64,000 nt of DNA from the human T2T-CHM13v2.0 reference genome, Homo sapiens. Of this stretch, positions 35,232 through 48,856 are shown piece by piece. The stretch is taken from assembly GCF_009914755.1 (NCBI RefSeq), contig NC_060934.1. One strand, written 5' to 3'. Within the stretch, counting starts at the first letter, position 1; every line of letters begins with the position of its first letter. A model generated the notes under the pieces. It ran no database searches, was not told where the DNA came from, and saw only the letters and a list, made by a program, of their open reading frames with translations. Both the position numbers and the translations under genes were made by a program.

Positions 35232-36755
35232 AGTGACATTAAGCATAGATAAAAGACCCTTGAGATAACTGGCAACAGAACTAAAATTTCTATGTAAACT
35301 CATTTAATAAAAATTGGTTTTCAAAGGTTCATCAAAAAAGAAATCATTTCAAAATGCCTTTCTTCCCCCTTATGGTCAATGTAAACAAGATTTCTTCTTT
35401 CCAAATCACTGCTTTCTTAGATTTGTCTTTTTGTGTTTCATGTTTATTAAAATCACACTCTCATTAGTACTGCTAACAGATTTAAAGATTTGTTTAAAAG
35501 AGGTGGGTTTTACCCTCAAACAATATATAAAATCTAGTGGGGAGGAAAAATGGGTACATAATATCTCTAATGCAAAGTGAAAGAGAAAAAAGGAAAGAGA
35601 ACAGAAAAGGGAGACAGTGTTTTAAACTCTGGGGTGTTAAGAAAGAAATCTCTCTACAGTACATATACAGGATCTCAAGTAAGGAAGTAAAAAATTAAAA
35701 ATTTAACCATCTAAAATTTTTAATAGTATATAATGCCACACATCTATTGGCCCTATGCATGCATATATTGGCATTATGTATATTTCAAGCCAAATTACCT
35801 GCTGACAGAATGGACTATTCATAGGGTTACTCTATTTCCCAGTATTCCTGGGAAATCCTAGTTTGTACTTGATGTCCTCCACCAGCTTACACTCTCAAAA
35901 ATGACCCCATTTAACTGATGAATTTCACAAACACTGTTAGCGATGCTGATGTCGAAATCTGCCTTAATTGTGGCAAGTTAATGAGAAACAGGAAAGCAGA
36001 GTGTGGAGAACTCTGATGCACCAGTCCAGGGCTCAGAGCGTTGGAGGTGCCAGGGCTCTAACTCCAAGGCTAGGCTGGTGGGCAGCACTTGGCAGGGTGA
36101 CACCCAAGGCCATCTGAGGCTGTAGAGATACACATTCTGCTGCCCTCTAAGATATTTCATTCTTTCCTTTCCTTGATTTTTTTCCCCTTTTATCTGACTC
36201 TCTCATTTTTTTCCCCTTCCATCCTAGAGTCACCAGTTGCTGGGTAGTTTATTCCTAAGTCAGCTGCTCTGTTGGCCTACCCAAGAGCATCCCGAATGTC
36301 TTCCTGGTGGTTGGAAAGTCATCCTTTCCAATCTGCCAGCCAGTGAGTCAACAAATGTTTGTTGAACAACCGCTTGAACTAGGCGGAGCACACCTGGTTC
36401 AAGCATACCTAGTGGGGGTTGCATACCCCACTATGTAGCAGGGATGCAATGATGAAAGTCAAAATACAGCTGCAATCCTTTCTATATTTGGATATTTACG
36501 TGGGTTCACCATGCAGAACAAATGCCACATAACTGTGATTTCAAATTTGCTGACAAATTTGTGAATGTAACCACGTAAAATTGTCTTGAACTTTTCATTA
36601 GTGTGAACAGCTTAGGTTATTCAAACATTTTTCAAATTAGCAGGACATCAGTTGGGGTTGATTCACGTATATTTGAAATTGACATTCATCACACTGAAAC
36701 ATGTTGAATGAGCAACCATTAAAATTTGATATAAGCCATCTTTGCAAATATATTC

Positions 36756-37054
<299 letters not shown>

Positions 37055-40000
37055 AATATTCCCTTTTTAACCAAAGAATTGTGTGGGTAAAATGATACGT
37101 GCACTCAAGTAGTTTTTGTTCATGGGTCATAAAAACGTCTGACTGACAGATGACAAAAAAAAGATTCTGATGTTTCAAAATGATTTATTAGTTTTATGCT
37201 GCTTCTTTATTTTTCCCCATCTTCATCAACCTAAGTAAGGAATCTCAGATTTTGCACAAGATAAGCTGCTCTTGTTGACATTCTGAAAGTAAAAGCTTGA
37301 ATTTGAGGAAATGGCTAGGAACACAGGCAAATTCATAGTTAATCCATTTCAGACATTTGAATTCCAGAACCTTCAGTTAGCCAAGGGAAGTTGATATAGC
37401 TCTTGAAGTTATTTTATAGGAAACTGAATTGTAGACCTCTTCCATTTCATTACTCTTGCCGTCTCTGCCCACGAATTCTCTCTTTCACTGCAGCCAGCAA
37501 TTAAAAATAGGCCTGGATTTGGACAGTCAGATGTAAGCATGGCATTTAGATTTAGCCTTATTTGTAAACAGCATGATTCACAAAAATCCATGTGAATAAC
37601 CAAAGGAAGAGGACAGTTCTGTGTGAAGCCTTAATTAATGGGAAGCTAACCCGAGGAAGTGCAGACTGTCAATTTCTTCCTGGCTGCATGGGAGGCAGCA
37701 GCTGACGTGTCTGCCCTGATGCAAGAACAGTTTGCAATCTCAATAAAGCAATCATCATGCAAAAGATTGGTAGATCTGGGAAGATGTATTAAAAATGATC
37801 ACTCTCTTCTTAAGGATTACCCTCTGGGTGAAGAGCGAAGAAATATACTCATTTCCCTGAAGTCCTTCCACAACAGATAAAATCATTACATAATATTAGA
37901 GGCCCAGAGGGTGGGAATTGCTTTCCTACCAGAAAACCCTTCCGTTTCTCACCACGCCACCATGCTTCCTGCTGGTGTCCTAAGCGGACAGCTGCCTTCC
38001 CGCCTCCTGGAATAAGACAGTTCAATTCTGCTTGCCATCTCTCTAACTTAGAAAAGCTCTGCTGTGATATCCAGAAGCTGTCCACAGCTCATTTTCAGGC
38101 TGACAGTGGGGTTCTTAGAACATAAATTAAACAGTTCTATTGTGGTTAAGTACCTGGATACATAAGAGGTTTATTGGAGGGATGGGGATGGAGAAGGGCA
38201 TTGCTTTTTTGCTGTCCTTGGAGTTACCTGTTTCAACCTTAGCTCTTTACTTGCGTGTACACACAGGCACCACTCACTCACTCACTTAGGAGAAATTAGA
38301 AAAGGCTGTCTGGAGTTTTGCCATCACCTCCACTGGCTGTCCAGAGTTGCCGATCTGCATTATTTATACCTGTGAAAGTCATTAGTGCTATCTGGATTTT
38401 TCTTCTAAGGACTGTAAGATTGCAATTGCTTGCCCTCCTAAAGTGGGGTGTGGCTCTGGCCAGTAAAGGAAGGGGGAGTGCTGATGCACCTCTTTCAGAT
38501 GGAAGCAGCAAGAGTCAGAGTGAAACTTGTCACCCTCTCTTCTTTCCTTTTGCCCCAATAACCAGCAATTTTTTTTTTCTTTTACCTGGTGGTTGTTCTT
38601 TTATACTGGGTTCTGGAGAGACAAAAATGCAGACAAGAAAATTATCAAGCGCATGGACAGGAAATACGCCTTGTTTTTTTTAAACTGACAGGCAGGAGCT
38701 GCTCACCACTATTGTTTAACCTAGCCTTACGGCCGATATGCTAACCTTGAATATCTAACAGACTTTTAAGAAATTCTTAGGTTTATGCAGACTATCATAG
38801 CCCCATAACACATAACACAGCCCCATAGGCCAACACGTCACCTACATTCTGCTCATCAAATAACACTGATGGGAGCTATCGGTCATGCTGGAGCCAGCAT
38901 GGACTCCTGCTGGTTTCCATATCAGCAAAATGTTTTGCAAAAGCTACCCAATGCTTTTGACATCAGATCTGGGTTGTGGACCTCTGCAAAGAAAAAAAAA
39001 AAGGTCACTTTAAAAGTCTATGCCTTTTGTTTTTGAAACCAGCTCTCATTCTTTATCCGCTCCCTACCTGAACTTACTCTCTCATAAATCCAAACAAGAT
39101 AACCAGCCCATCAGACATTAACAGAGATGTAGGGCAGCCTGTCCATTTAGGAAACACACACTTAGTCATCCATTTCTCCACCTAGCCATTCATCTGCCCC
39201 CACTTCCAGGAATGATTTCTGTTGAGAACAGCAGTTATTCATTCTCCGTCCCGCAATCTGCCTTGGCGGAACCATCTCTGAATTCATAACAGGCAATTTG
39301 AAACACACACCGACTCAGGGAAGTGGGCTGTCTCTGATCACCAGCGCTGCTGCCTTGGTTTCTCCCACGTGTCCCTCGGCTGGGGCCGCCCTGTCAGCAG
39401 CACCAGCCGCTGGCTTAGGTTTCTTGCCTTCCATCAGCACACACACATAAGAATCAAATCTCAAAAGGCAGCTTTCTGCAAACTTTCGATTTATTAACCT
39501 AAAGTTCCCGAAAAAGGTTCAATTGGTGATATCAGAACTTACTGTCTCCCGCAGGCCTGAAAGAAAAGAAATTTAAAGTGGGTGGGGGGCTGGGTGGGAA
39601 CCAGTGACATTGAAATATTCAAATATAGGATTTACATGATAATGGGGAATAGAGTACTTTTCTCACCATTCTACCTGCAATGATTATAGAGCAGTACAAT
39701 CATTTGCACAGCAAAAGCAAATCATATTTCGTTTAAACCCAGAAGTTCAAAAGATTGACGGAAATCTGCTCATTTCCAAAACAAAGGCATCAAAGGACAC
39801 TAGAATATACCCTAGATAACTGGTCTCTCTTTCCTACCTAAATAACGGAGCTTTTCACTCCATGTCAAAGGCCTCTCTTTGGAGACAATCTGTAGAGTGG
39901 ATTGGAAGATGCCATGTTGTTCTGAAGACATTTCTGTTTAGGAAAAGCAATGCCTCCCTGCTGGCAAGGTGCCCATTTTTCAAGCTTCCCAAAACATTCA

Positions 40001-40418
40001 CTGAAACCATGTCTGTCTCTTGTCTACCATTCACACCTCCTGGGGACTTGTCTGACACTGTGCATTCCTTGAGGGCAGGGACTATGTCTGATTTTAACTA
40101 TTGCACTCTTGGCAGCAAGCATCGTGTCTGGCACAGAGCAGACATTCAATAAATATTGAATACTTAGGGCTTTTTCACGATGCCACTTTTGAGTATCTCA
40201 GACTCTTCTCATAGCCAATACAGGAGTAGGGAGAGACCTGGAGTCCTACTACCCGAGCTCTCCTTACAGGAAGGAACTCATCCCAAAGAGGAGAAGTCAG
40301 CCTCATTGCTGAGGGTTCTCTCCTTTAGGGAAAAGTCAAGGGACGGCCTGTCTGCTAATCATCCTAAAAGTCTGGAATTATATTTTGGATTTTCATGCCT
40401 TTGTCTTAAAACATTGAA

Positions 40419-41219
40419 CTCCTTTCTCCTTTTTTTTTTTTTTTTTTCTCCAAGACCGAGTCTCACTCTGTCGCCCAGGCTGGAGTGCAGTGGCACCATC
40501 TCGGCTCACTGCAACCTCTGCCTCCCAGGTTCAAGCAATTCTCCTGCCTCAGCCTCCTGAGTAGCTGGGATTACAGGTGCGCACCACCATGCCTGGCTAA
40601 TTTCTGTATTTTTAGTGGCGATGAGGTTTCACCATGTTGGCCAGGCTGGTCTCAATCTCCTGGCCTCAAGTGATCTGCCCCCACCTCGGCCTCCCAAAGT
40701 GCTGGGATTACCAGTGTGAGCCACTGCACCTGGCCTGAACTCCTTTTCTGTCTCTTTCCAGCACTCAAGACATCAAAGCGAGGACACGGTGAGTCCTCCA
40801 GTGCAAAACTCTGGATTGGCCTAGGTCTTCTGATAGGAGCTGTGATCATCTTTGCTGACCACACAGGAGTCAAAAATCTGTAGATCATTGTCACGAAGGG
40901 GCTCACAGCTGGACAGACTTCCCACTGCTAGTGTGAGTAATGTGGTGATGGTCACAGTCAAGAAAGGCAAACCAGAGATCGAAAGAAGGTATGTGCGGCA
41001 GTGGTCATTTGACAACAAAAGTCATACCGGAGAAAATATAACATTTAAAAAGAATTTTTGAAGACAATGCAGGGTCATATTAAAAAAAATAAAGGCAAGG
41101 GGAAAGGTTCTGCCATTACAGGACCAGTTGCAAAGGAGCGTGCAGACCTGTGGCCCGGGTTGGTGTCCAATGCTGGCAGTATTCCACGATTCTCCAGTAT
41201 ATTTGTAAAAAAGAAAAAA
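40419..41219 (+). pseudogene. RPL23P: Processed pseudogene of ribosomal protein L23 (uL14); coding-derived part 40770-41189
   Basis: Peptides SKRG.., DRLPTASVSNVVMVTVKKGKPE and [24 protein letters not shown] match RPL23; no introns; 5' pyrimidine tract; poly-A; TSD aaaaca(t/c)tgaa (40408-40418 and 41220-41230); start codon lost, frameshifts. Confidence 0.95.
40431..40735 (-). mobile_element. AluS in the 5' end of the RPL23 retrocopy
   Basis: TSD tgaactccttt starting at 40415 and 40736. Confidence 0.95.
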
Positions 41220-41319
41220 AAAACACTGAAATGTATTTACCCTCCTACAAAAGAAGGTTTGAACTCTTTATAAAAATATGCAAGCAATTGATTCTGCATT
41301 TGACAGATCTGAATCTTAA

Positions 41320-41322
<3 letters not shown>

Positions 41323-41361
<39 letters not shown>
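41323..41361. repeat. (CA)n microsatellite
   Basis: Seen directly. Confidence 0.95.
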
Positions 41362-41362
<1 letters not shown>

Positions 41363-41399
41363 ACTTATCAAGGGCTTCCCATCAGACTTTTAAAGACCT

Positions 41400-42200
41400 G
41401 AACTCTTTAGTTTAACCAACAAGGCCTTGGTAATCTGAGCCTCAGGGCCCACCTCTCTGAACTCCTCCCATTTTCTCATTTCATTCCAGCCAGTCTTCTT
41501 TCTACTCTTGGCTCACACCAAGTAACTTCCCAACCCAAGGCCTTTACAATGTGATGTCACCTCTACCCTAGCATGCTTTCCCACTAGAACTTTGCATGGC
41601 TCACTCCTTCACCAAATTTTTAGTGCTTTCTCAGAGAGTCCTTTACAAATCACCTGATCTTTTCCCACTTTGTTTTTTTTTTAGTTTGTTTCTTTGTTTT
41701 TTGAGACAGAATCTTGCTCTGTCGCCCAGGCTGGAGTGCAGTGGTGTGATCTCAGCTCACTGCAACCTCCTGCCTCAGCCTCCTGAGTAGCTGGGATTAC
41801 AGGCATGCACTACCACGCTTGGTTAATTTTTATATATTTAGTAGAGACAGGGTTTCACCATGTTGGCCAAGCTGGTCTCAAACTCCTAACCACCCGCATC
41901 GGCCTACCCAATCCGCCTGCCTCAGCCTCCCAAAGTGTTGAGATTACAGGCGTGAGCCACTATACCTGGCAACGCTTTGTTATTTTTCATCCCCTATTCA
42001 CTTTATTTTCTCCCTGATACAGAACACTATCTGCAATGACTCTCTCTCTCTCTTTCTTCTTTCCTTTCTTTCCTTCCTTCTCTTTTCTCTTTCCTTCCTT
42101 CCTTTCTTTTCCCTGTTTATTGTCTGTGTCTCCTACTATAAAACCCAGTAGGGTCTGGGACTCAATCTCAGCACTCAGGCATACTCAGTGGACACCTGTT
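41400..42200 (+). mobile_element. Diverged L2 fragment split by an Alu
   Basis: L2-like cattccagcc..caaggccttt..ctagcatgctttccc..gcatggctcactcctt. Confidence 0.5.
41673..41970 (-). mobile_element. AluS with internal deletion
   Basis: Alu dimer missing a stretch after gcaacctcc. Confidence 0.9.
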
Positions 42201-42374
42201 TTGTGAGTCAACGCACTTGGGGCTCACAGGGTGAGTGACTAGCTCAGAGCCACAGGACTGGGATATTTTGACAGTTCCTCCCAGGGTCTGTCTCTAACAC
42301 AAGGTTGTAGGCAAATAGGAGTTTCAAATCACTTCCTCTTTAGTCCAAGAGAACTAATAGCCCTTTTTGAACAC

Positions 42375-42813
42375 TGTGCTACTTTTCCAGGACCACCATA
42401 ACAAAGTACCACAACTTGGTGACTTAAAACAACAGAAATGTACTCACAGTTCTGGAGGCCAGAAGTCCAAAATTAAAGTGTCTGCCATGCTGTGCTCCCT
42501 CTGAATGCTCTAGGGGAGAATCCTTCCTTTCCCCTCCAGCTTCTGGCGGTGTCCAGCAATCCTAGGTGCCCCTAGCTTATATTAATGACTCTCATTCCGC
42601 CTCTGCCTTCACATGGCCTTCTCTCCATGCATGTCTGCGTTTCTCTTTTCCTCTTCGTATAAGGGCACCAGTTATTTGGGTGTCCTCCCCAGCATAACCT
42701 CATCTTAGCTACATTACATCTGCAAAGACTGTACTTCCAATGAAGGTCACGTTCACAGACACTGAGGTTAAAACTTCAACGTATCTTTTGGGCAAGACGG
42801 TTCAACCTACAAG
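42375..42813 (-). mobile_element. MLT1 (MLT1C-like) MaLR LTR
   Basis: ataacaaagtaccacaac..cttaaaacaacagaaat..cacagttctggaggccagaagtcc. Confidence 0.85.
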
Positions 42814-42965
42814 AGCTGACTGAGTTGGTTCCATGGGGAATATGTGAGCCACTGCAAGAATAAACCAGTTTTTCTGGCCTGATCTTGAAGCCAGGCCACG
42901 CAGTGGCTCCTGGGACACAGGCACAGGAGCCACTCCATGGCATCTTTTTATCATGAAGCTCCTCA

Positions 42966-43281
<316 letters not shown>

Positions 43282-43847
43282 AGGAAGCTCATCAACCTCA
43301 AATAAATGGAATTTTGGAAGAAACTGCAGTAGAAAGAGCCTCTAAAATATTTATTATATGCCAGGGACAGGGCTGGACAGAATACAAAGTAAGTATTTGA
43401 TGATAAGATGTTGTCAACATTAGTAAGAAGACAGCAACTAACTAGCATTTTTGAGAAAACCAGGATTTTAGAAAGGAGATGGGCTCACATTAAGAAAGCA
43501 AGCAAATTAGACTTTGCAGTAAAAATATATTTATGGAATGCACTCATTTCTGGAGCAGAAATGTGAGAAATGACCTCAGAAACCCAAACAAGTGGCTATT
43601 CTCTGCACACAAAAAAACTAAAATTGCATCCCAGTAATGCCAAAACCACCAGATGATAGCGTAAAAATTCAGTAAACAGATACTCGTTCTATAGGATACC
43701 AAATGTCCAACTGTCATTTTTATTTCTCGCAGAACTAGCCGTCTGACCTAGTGTCATGTCTCTGCTACGAGAAGGTAGGTTTGTAGCCATGACCTCCAGG
43801 CTGTTCCACAGGGTGAACAGGGCCATCTTCTCCAGTGCAGCTGGTCT

Positions 43848-44041
43848 TTGACCCAGCTGAGTACTGCAGAAGCTTTCTGCTTGGTCTTTGAAGTTCTACC
43901 TTGACCCAGCTGAGTACTGCAGAAGCTTTCTGCTTGGTCTTTGAAGTTCTACCTTGACCCAGCTGAGTACTGCAGAAGCTTTCTGCTTGGTCTTTGAAGT
44001 TCTACCTTGACCCAGCTGAGTACTGCAGAAGCTTTCTGCTT
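43848..44041. repeat. 53-bp minisatellite, 3 identical copies plus 35 nt
   Basis: Unit ttgacccagctgagtactgcagaagctttctgcttggtctttgaagttctacc starts at 43848, 43901, 43954 and 44007. Confidence 0.97.
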
Positions 44042-44789
44042 TCCTTTCCTGCCATGACTGTCATAGGAGGGTCACACGAACAGTGCTGTGAAGACTGCTC
44101 CATTACGAGGAGAACTGTAGGTTTCCTGAAAAATCAAATTCAGCAGAGGGCATTAAGTCAGTGATTGCTAAATATGAATGCATTCCATTCCTAAGCAAAT
44201 TGACAGTGTGATTTGGAACTCATGAGAAGTTCCCGAGGGAAGGCATGGTATCTACTCCAAGACCGGTATAACTGGGAGACCTTAAAAAGAGAAACGTATT
44301 TCATTTGGCTCAATAGCACACTCTCCAAAAATAAAGTACTTTCATATGAGGTAACTGGCGCCTAATTTTTGAAAATATACAAGCAGCAACTAACTAGGAT
44401 ACTATAAAATGAATTCCTACAAAACTGAGGGAGATAATCTCCCATGTTCCTTCCAGCTCTAAAAATTGTATAACTTTGAAGTTTTATTTCAGTCCCAGAA
44501 GATTTCAGATACACAGATATTTCAAGTTCATTGAAAGAGAGATCAGAAAAGTAGAACTTTATAAAAGATAGAGAAAGAATTTAATAATGAACACAGCATG
44601 CAAAACAAGCAGCTGATCCTCCAAAGCAAATGTCTTAGGAGGCAAAGAGCAGTTGTCTTCACTTTCAGAGGCTGATGGAAGGTTATGGAGCAAGTTCAGA
44701 GGGTGGCTCTAGGACCACATATCTGGGAAATCAAGTCTTCTTCCCTAAAAGAGCCATAAGAAGCTGTGCTTCCTTCAAAAGCTTATATT

Positions 44790-45082
<293 letters not shown>

Positions 45083-47265
45083 GAGTTTCTATTTTATAGC
45101 ACTAGTTCTAAAATTGAGAAAGGGAGTGTCTGGATGGGGTGGAGAGAGCATAATGGAATCAAAAAGGAGTCTTTTCAGATAACATCTGCCCACTCTTGGA
45201 AGCTCAGGTCTTTTGGTAGAGTATGGGAAGGAGGGTGAAAAGATGGAGAGGGATGACCAGGAGGAGAGTTTGAAAAGACTTCTCAGGCAATTCTAATAGT
45301 CTTAGAATCACTTCACATGAAATAGAATAAAAAAGAATTTTCCTTCTTTCTATCTACCATTGTGAATGATTTTTCCTCCAAACTTCGCTTTGCTTTTCAT
45401 CCGGCCTGACTTTTCTTATGCATTGTAGGCTGTTTCAGAAATTGCTGTAAGGATTTGCTTAGTAAAATTGTCTTAGCCAAGAAAAAAAGATTTTTGTCCT
45501 CCAATTTCAAAAACTATTAATTTGTGGTGATAACGATCTTTTACATCTTGGGAGTTTGGAGAAAATATTTAAAATGATACAATTGCCAAAAATGTGGTAA
45601 ATTCCCTTTTGGGTTGCTGTTAGTTTATCCCAACCAGACCTCCCATGTTAAGGGAGTTTCCTGAACCCCCTGACTTTTCAAGACTATGAAACGTGCTCCG
45701 GGTACAGCTCCCTCAAGTCTCCACACCCTCCCACTCCATGAAAGAGACAGAACATCTGCTCCTCATCTCTGGGAAAGTATATTTAATTATTGGATGCTTT
45801 CCTTTTCAAAATGATGCTGGCTTATTGTGGGTTTTTTTCTTTTTTTTTTAGCCTCCAGGGCACAAACAAAATAAAATCATCCCTTCGATGTTTAAATCAG
45901 ATAATAGCATCTGCATCAACAAAAATAACAGCTAATAGTATAAAGTTGTTTCTTTTATACTTACTGAGAAGCAAGAGTCAATAACAGGCGATGGTTCTCT
46001 CAGCATCCATGAAATGAATTTACTAGAGGAAACTTCTAGAAGCAAGGCTGTGCCAAGTACAGGACAGGTAGGAGCAAAGGAAGATTACATCATCTCACAG
46101 GTCTGAGGATCCCACAATGATCAGCTATTGTTTCTTGGTCCTAACAGAATCTATCGGAAAATTGTGTTTGTGTGTAAGAGACAGAGAGAAAAGAAAAGAA
46201 AAAAAAAACCCACTGGGGGAAGACAGGGAAACAAACCAAGCATGTGAGTCCTCTTACTGAGAAAACATGATGCCTTTCACATCTTGATATAAAAGATGGT
46301 TAAAATGAGAAGCAGAGATTTCACTGCAGTAAATATTTACCGAAGAACCCACAAAAGTTTAAGAAAGTGTGGTCCTGGTATCATTCACATTTGAGCACCA
46401 ACTAAAGACCAACATTACCCATTTCCGTAAGAATTTTGGAGGAACAGCTTTGTCATTTTTCTAGTGTCTTATTTGTTTTAAATCCTGTTCTTCTAAAAGC
46501 AAATAAGAACTAGCCAAAAGAAAATTTGTTCTTGTTTTAGAGCAGGAGAGGGAGAAAAAGATAGGAAACATTCACCAGTTTCAATTCAATGTAACTCAAT
46601 GAATATTTCCCGAACCACTTCTAAGCCAGACAGAGTCTCTGTTCTCCGGGAGTGGATATCTACTCAGGAGACCTGCAATTAAAGACTTGTGTAGTGCAGT
46701 TTGGAGGGGAACTTAACTCAGACTTGGAGGGAGGGGCAGACCAAGGTAGGTTCTCAGAGAAGGGATATCTACACATCTTTCCTAAGCTCAGCTGCTTTTT
46801 CAGAATTTCCAGGGAAGCCTTTGAAACTACATATTCCAGGATCTCTCTCTGGATCTTTTGAAATTAGAATCTCTAAGAGAGGACTGCACATTTATGAGTT
46901 TCCCCAGGCAAAACAGAAGTGGTGGTCTGATCTGGGCTGTGGGAGGAGAAGAAATATCAAGGATGTATAGGAGCCTGGAGGTGAGGACAAGCGCATCGGA
47001 GGAAGAACTGGAGGACAGTTGGATGTGACTGTGCCTGAGAGAACAGTGTGGGGACAGTCAGCTGTGGAGAGAAGGGCAGCCACGTCATGAGGGCCTGTGC
47101 ACAGTGGAGAGGAGCTTGGCCTTCCTCTAAGGACAATGTTGTTGGATGAATGGGAGATGGCAGCTGGAAGGAACTGCTATCATGGGGGCTGTGGAGATAG
47201 CCGTGAGAATACAGGGGAGCCACACCAGAACCAAGTCCTTCTCCAGGGGTTTTAAACAGTCAGGG

Positions 47266-47499
47266 GGACTGGCATGGTGGCTCATGCTTATAATCCCAGC
47301 ACTTTGGAAGACAGAGGTGGGAGGATCGCTTGAGCCCAGGAGGTGGAGGCTAGAGTGAGCCGTGATCACACCACTGCACTCCAGCCTGGGAGGGAGACCC
47401 TGTCTCAAAAATTAAATAAAATATAAAATTAAAATAAAATAAAATAAAATAAAATAAATAAAATAAAATAAAATAAAATAAAATAAAATAAAATAAAAA
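47266..47499 (+). mobile_element. Alu monomer (FRAM/FAM-like or recombined) with (AAAAT)n tail
   Basis: Single ~140-bp arm followed by a pentamer repeat. Confidence 0.85.
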
Positions 47500-47587
47500 C
47501 CAAGAATCAGTTCCTTCGCTCTTGTTCTATTATTTACCACCTTGCCCCCTTCCCCTTTCTCTATATGCCTTCCCATGGGGAAAGCAA

Positions 47588-47633
47588 ATGAGGTGGAAAT
47601 ATACATGTTGATGAGGTGGAAATATACATGTTG
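47588..47633. repeat. Perfect 23-bp tandem duplication
   Basis: atgaggtggaaatatacatgttg twice. Confidence 0.9.
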
Positions 47634-48570
47634 TTTACAACCAGCTGGTATACCCTTGCTCTTTCACTTGAATTAGCAGAAACGTACACAAATTCATGAA
47701 AGGAGAAAGGATGCAGCCCTAAGCCCTTTCGACCACCCCTCTGGCAGGCTGCCTTGTATTACTTCTTTCTCCACCAACACTGCTTTTGATGCTCATTTTA
47801 GCCGCATTTGCTTGTCAACCACTATCATGGTTTGTTTGCGCCCTCTCCCTCTGATGATGGGGCTGGACCCATGCCCCTGAGACACATGGTAGGATGGTAT
47901 GCACACTGTCCACCCTGTCATATGACCATATCCTCAGATTACAAATCTCCTTCCTGGCTTCATTAGGGAGTCCTAATGTTGTAATGTAAGAATCTGAGTG
48001 GACTGGGTGCAACAATAAAGAAGGGATACATAACAGAGGAAAGGTAATCTTTCATCTTCATGTTCCAGGCAGCCCCACCCCTCCCCCTAAGGTGCACTGA
48101 TGCTAGCTTGACTAGTGAAACTGGAAATCAGGAAGAGATGTCAGTAGGAAGATTTAGTAAAAACATTTAGCAGTAAGGTCAAGAGATAGATCTTTGAAAA
48201 CCACAAATTTCTCCCCAAGCCTCTGTTTAAGTGAGTACACTTTCACTAATAAGAAGTGAGGTTTCCTGAAGCAGAGGAAGTAGATAAGCAAGAGAAAACC
48301 AACTCCTTGATAACAACAGTTAATACCTTTACCAGTAACCACATATAAAATAAACTGTGCTGGGGGACAAATTAAAGACATCCCCTTCTTCCACCAGGTT
48401 TTCAAACAGGGACTTTTATTGAAAGAATCACCCAGCCCGGAGAATGTCAAGTTAAATGTAACTACAGATATTGGCCAACAGGTCACTCCAATCCTTACAC
48501 AGCTTCTTGTAGCTCTATTTCTGGGGTTTCTAAGGGTGAGGGGGAAAGTAATTAAAGAATGGCTAAGCTT

Positions 48571-48856
<286 letters not shown>

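Noticed and set aside
36410-36433. Short hairpin tagtgggg..ccccacta
   Set aside because: An 8-bp stem is expected by chance in 64 kb.
43848-44041. CRISPR-like array
   Set aside because: Head-to-tail identical units with no unique spacers, primate context, no cas genes.
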